Positions 31,081 to 32,000 of a stretch of 32,000 bases of DNA are shown here, one piece after another. Origin of the DNA: Wallemia ichthyophaga EXF-994 (taxonomy: Eukaryota > Fungi > Basidiomycota); assembly GCF_000400465.1 (NCBI RefSeq), contig NW_008806285.1:60001-92000 (forward strand), given 5' to 3'. Both the position numbers and the translations under genes were made by a program. The notes beneath the pieces are model-generated. The model saw only the letters and a list, made by a program, of their open reading frames with translations. It had not been told where the DNA came from and ran no database searches. The first letter of the stretch is position 1; every line of letters begins with the position of its first letter.

Positions 31081-32000
31081 ATGCACATTGGACTCAAGAG
31101 GCCGCTGCTAGCGCAAGTGCCTTACAAAACCAAGAAATTCCAACTAGCCAAGAAGCGTTCGGCACCAATCTCGGCTTCAATTAAGGAGATTAGCGATGAT
31201 GATGATAACCATAATAACCACGATAGACCAGAGGTTATTGAGATTGACAGTGATAGCGATATTGAGTGTGTTAGCAGTAGTGATGATAATTTCAATTCTT
31301 ATGGCAACGATACCAACGACACCAACGACACCAACGACACTAGCACTAGCACTCACGACCAAACGTTTGAATCTCCTATCGACATCGATACTCCTATTCT
31401 CCCTGAGAATTACCCTCCTCCGCTGCCACCTCTCTGTCGCGACCTATATAACCTCACTTTTACTCACAGAACCTGCGCCGACTTTGTAGCCAATTTCAAC
31501 GCTGGCACCGATAATCTCAGAAAAAGTTATGGTATGCACACCATCACCAATGGTGTCATGGGCGATAGTAGGCAGGGGAATGTAGCGTCATTTGTACCCG
31601 TTTACGACAACGAAGTGAGTGAGTTTGTTGGTGACAGCATCATCGGCATGGTAGTGGCTCTATTGCTGAGAAAATGGTATCCACACCTTCGTCCTGACGG
31701 ATTAACGTGAGTTTTTGAGCCAGAATGTGGCACTGTCTTACCATCATGCTACCAGAGAAATACGCAGCAAGCTAGTCAACAGAGGCAGACTATCGAGCTG
31801 GGCGAAGCTGTACAACTTCGACCAGCATCTCATTCTACCACCTCAGATGCCCCAACTGCCTGTGCGACTCTCACCCATGGTTCTTTGCGATACATTTGAG
31901 GCGTACGTAGCCTCTGTCTTTGACCAGCAAGGTGACGAAAGCGCCGGTCTTATCGCCGTCAAGCAGTGGATTGAGCCGCTTTGTAGGCCTTACGCAGATA
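31081..32000 (+). CDS. Ribonuclease III-domain protein (partial; runs off the window end)
   Basis: TFTH, signature NEVSEFVGDS and, after intron 31707-31755, EIRSKLVN...LCDTFEAYVA. The catalytic E/D and D/E pairs are retained. Confidence 0.85.

Noticed and set aside
1-32000. CRISPR arrays, rRNA/tRNA genes, transposons, prokaryotic operons
   Set aside because: None seen; spliceosomal introns and the gene content show this is fungal nuclear DNA.

Overview
Gene-dense eukaryotic nuclear DNA from a compact basidiomycete fungus. A Wallemia-like source is my inference from the 43-71 nt introns with GTGAGT/GTGGGT donors, the tiny intergenic spacers and the protein families present. I reconstructed 22 protein-coding genes by hand-splicing, several missed or fragmented by the ORF track: TOR (partial), KEI1, TMEM14-like, a 4EHP/class II-like eIF4E, glutamine-dependent NAD synthetase QNS1 (14 exons), an orphan single-pass membrane protein, a protein carrying a bacterial RNase P (RnpA) RNR-like motif, cytosolic GluRS, VDAC, an orphan 7TM protein, Cys-type glutathione peroxidase, an RmlD/MAT2B-like SDR, ROT1, a tail-to-tail orphan paralog pair, a PIG3-type quinone oxidoreductase, three Hmp1/CsbD-like hydrophilins, condensin YCG1, DAM1 and an RNase III (partial). 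I saw no rRNA, tRNA, CRISPR array or transposon. Best leads: (1) the RnpA-like gene 23 nt head-to-head with GluRS; (2) a 3-nt micro-exon supplying a conserved Cys in QNS1; (3) three MCB (ACGCGT) boxes in the 61-nt YCG1/DAM1 bidirectional spacer; (4) the orphan inverted paralog pair. All family calls come from recognising motifs by eye; no database search was run.
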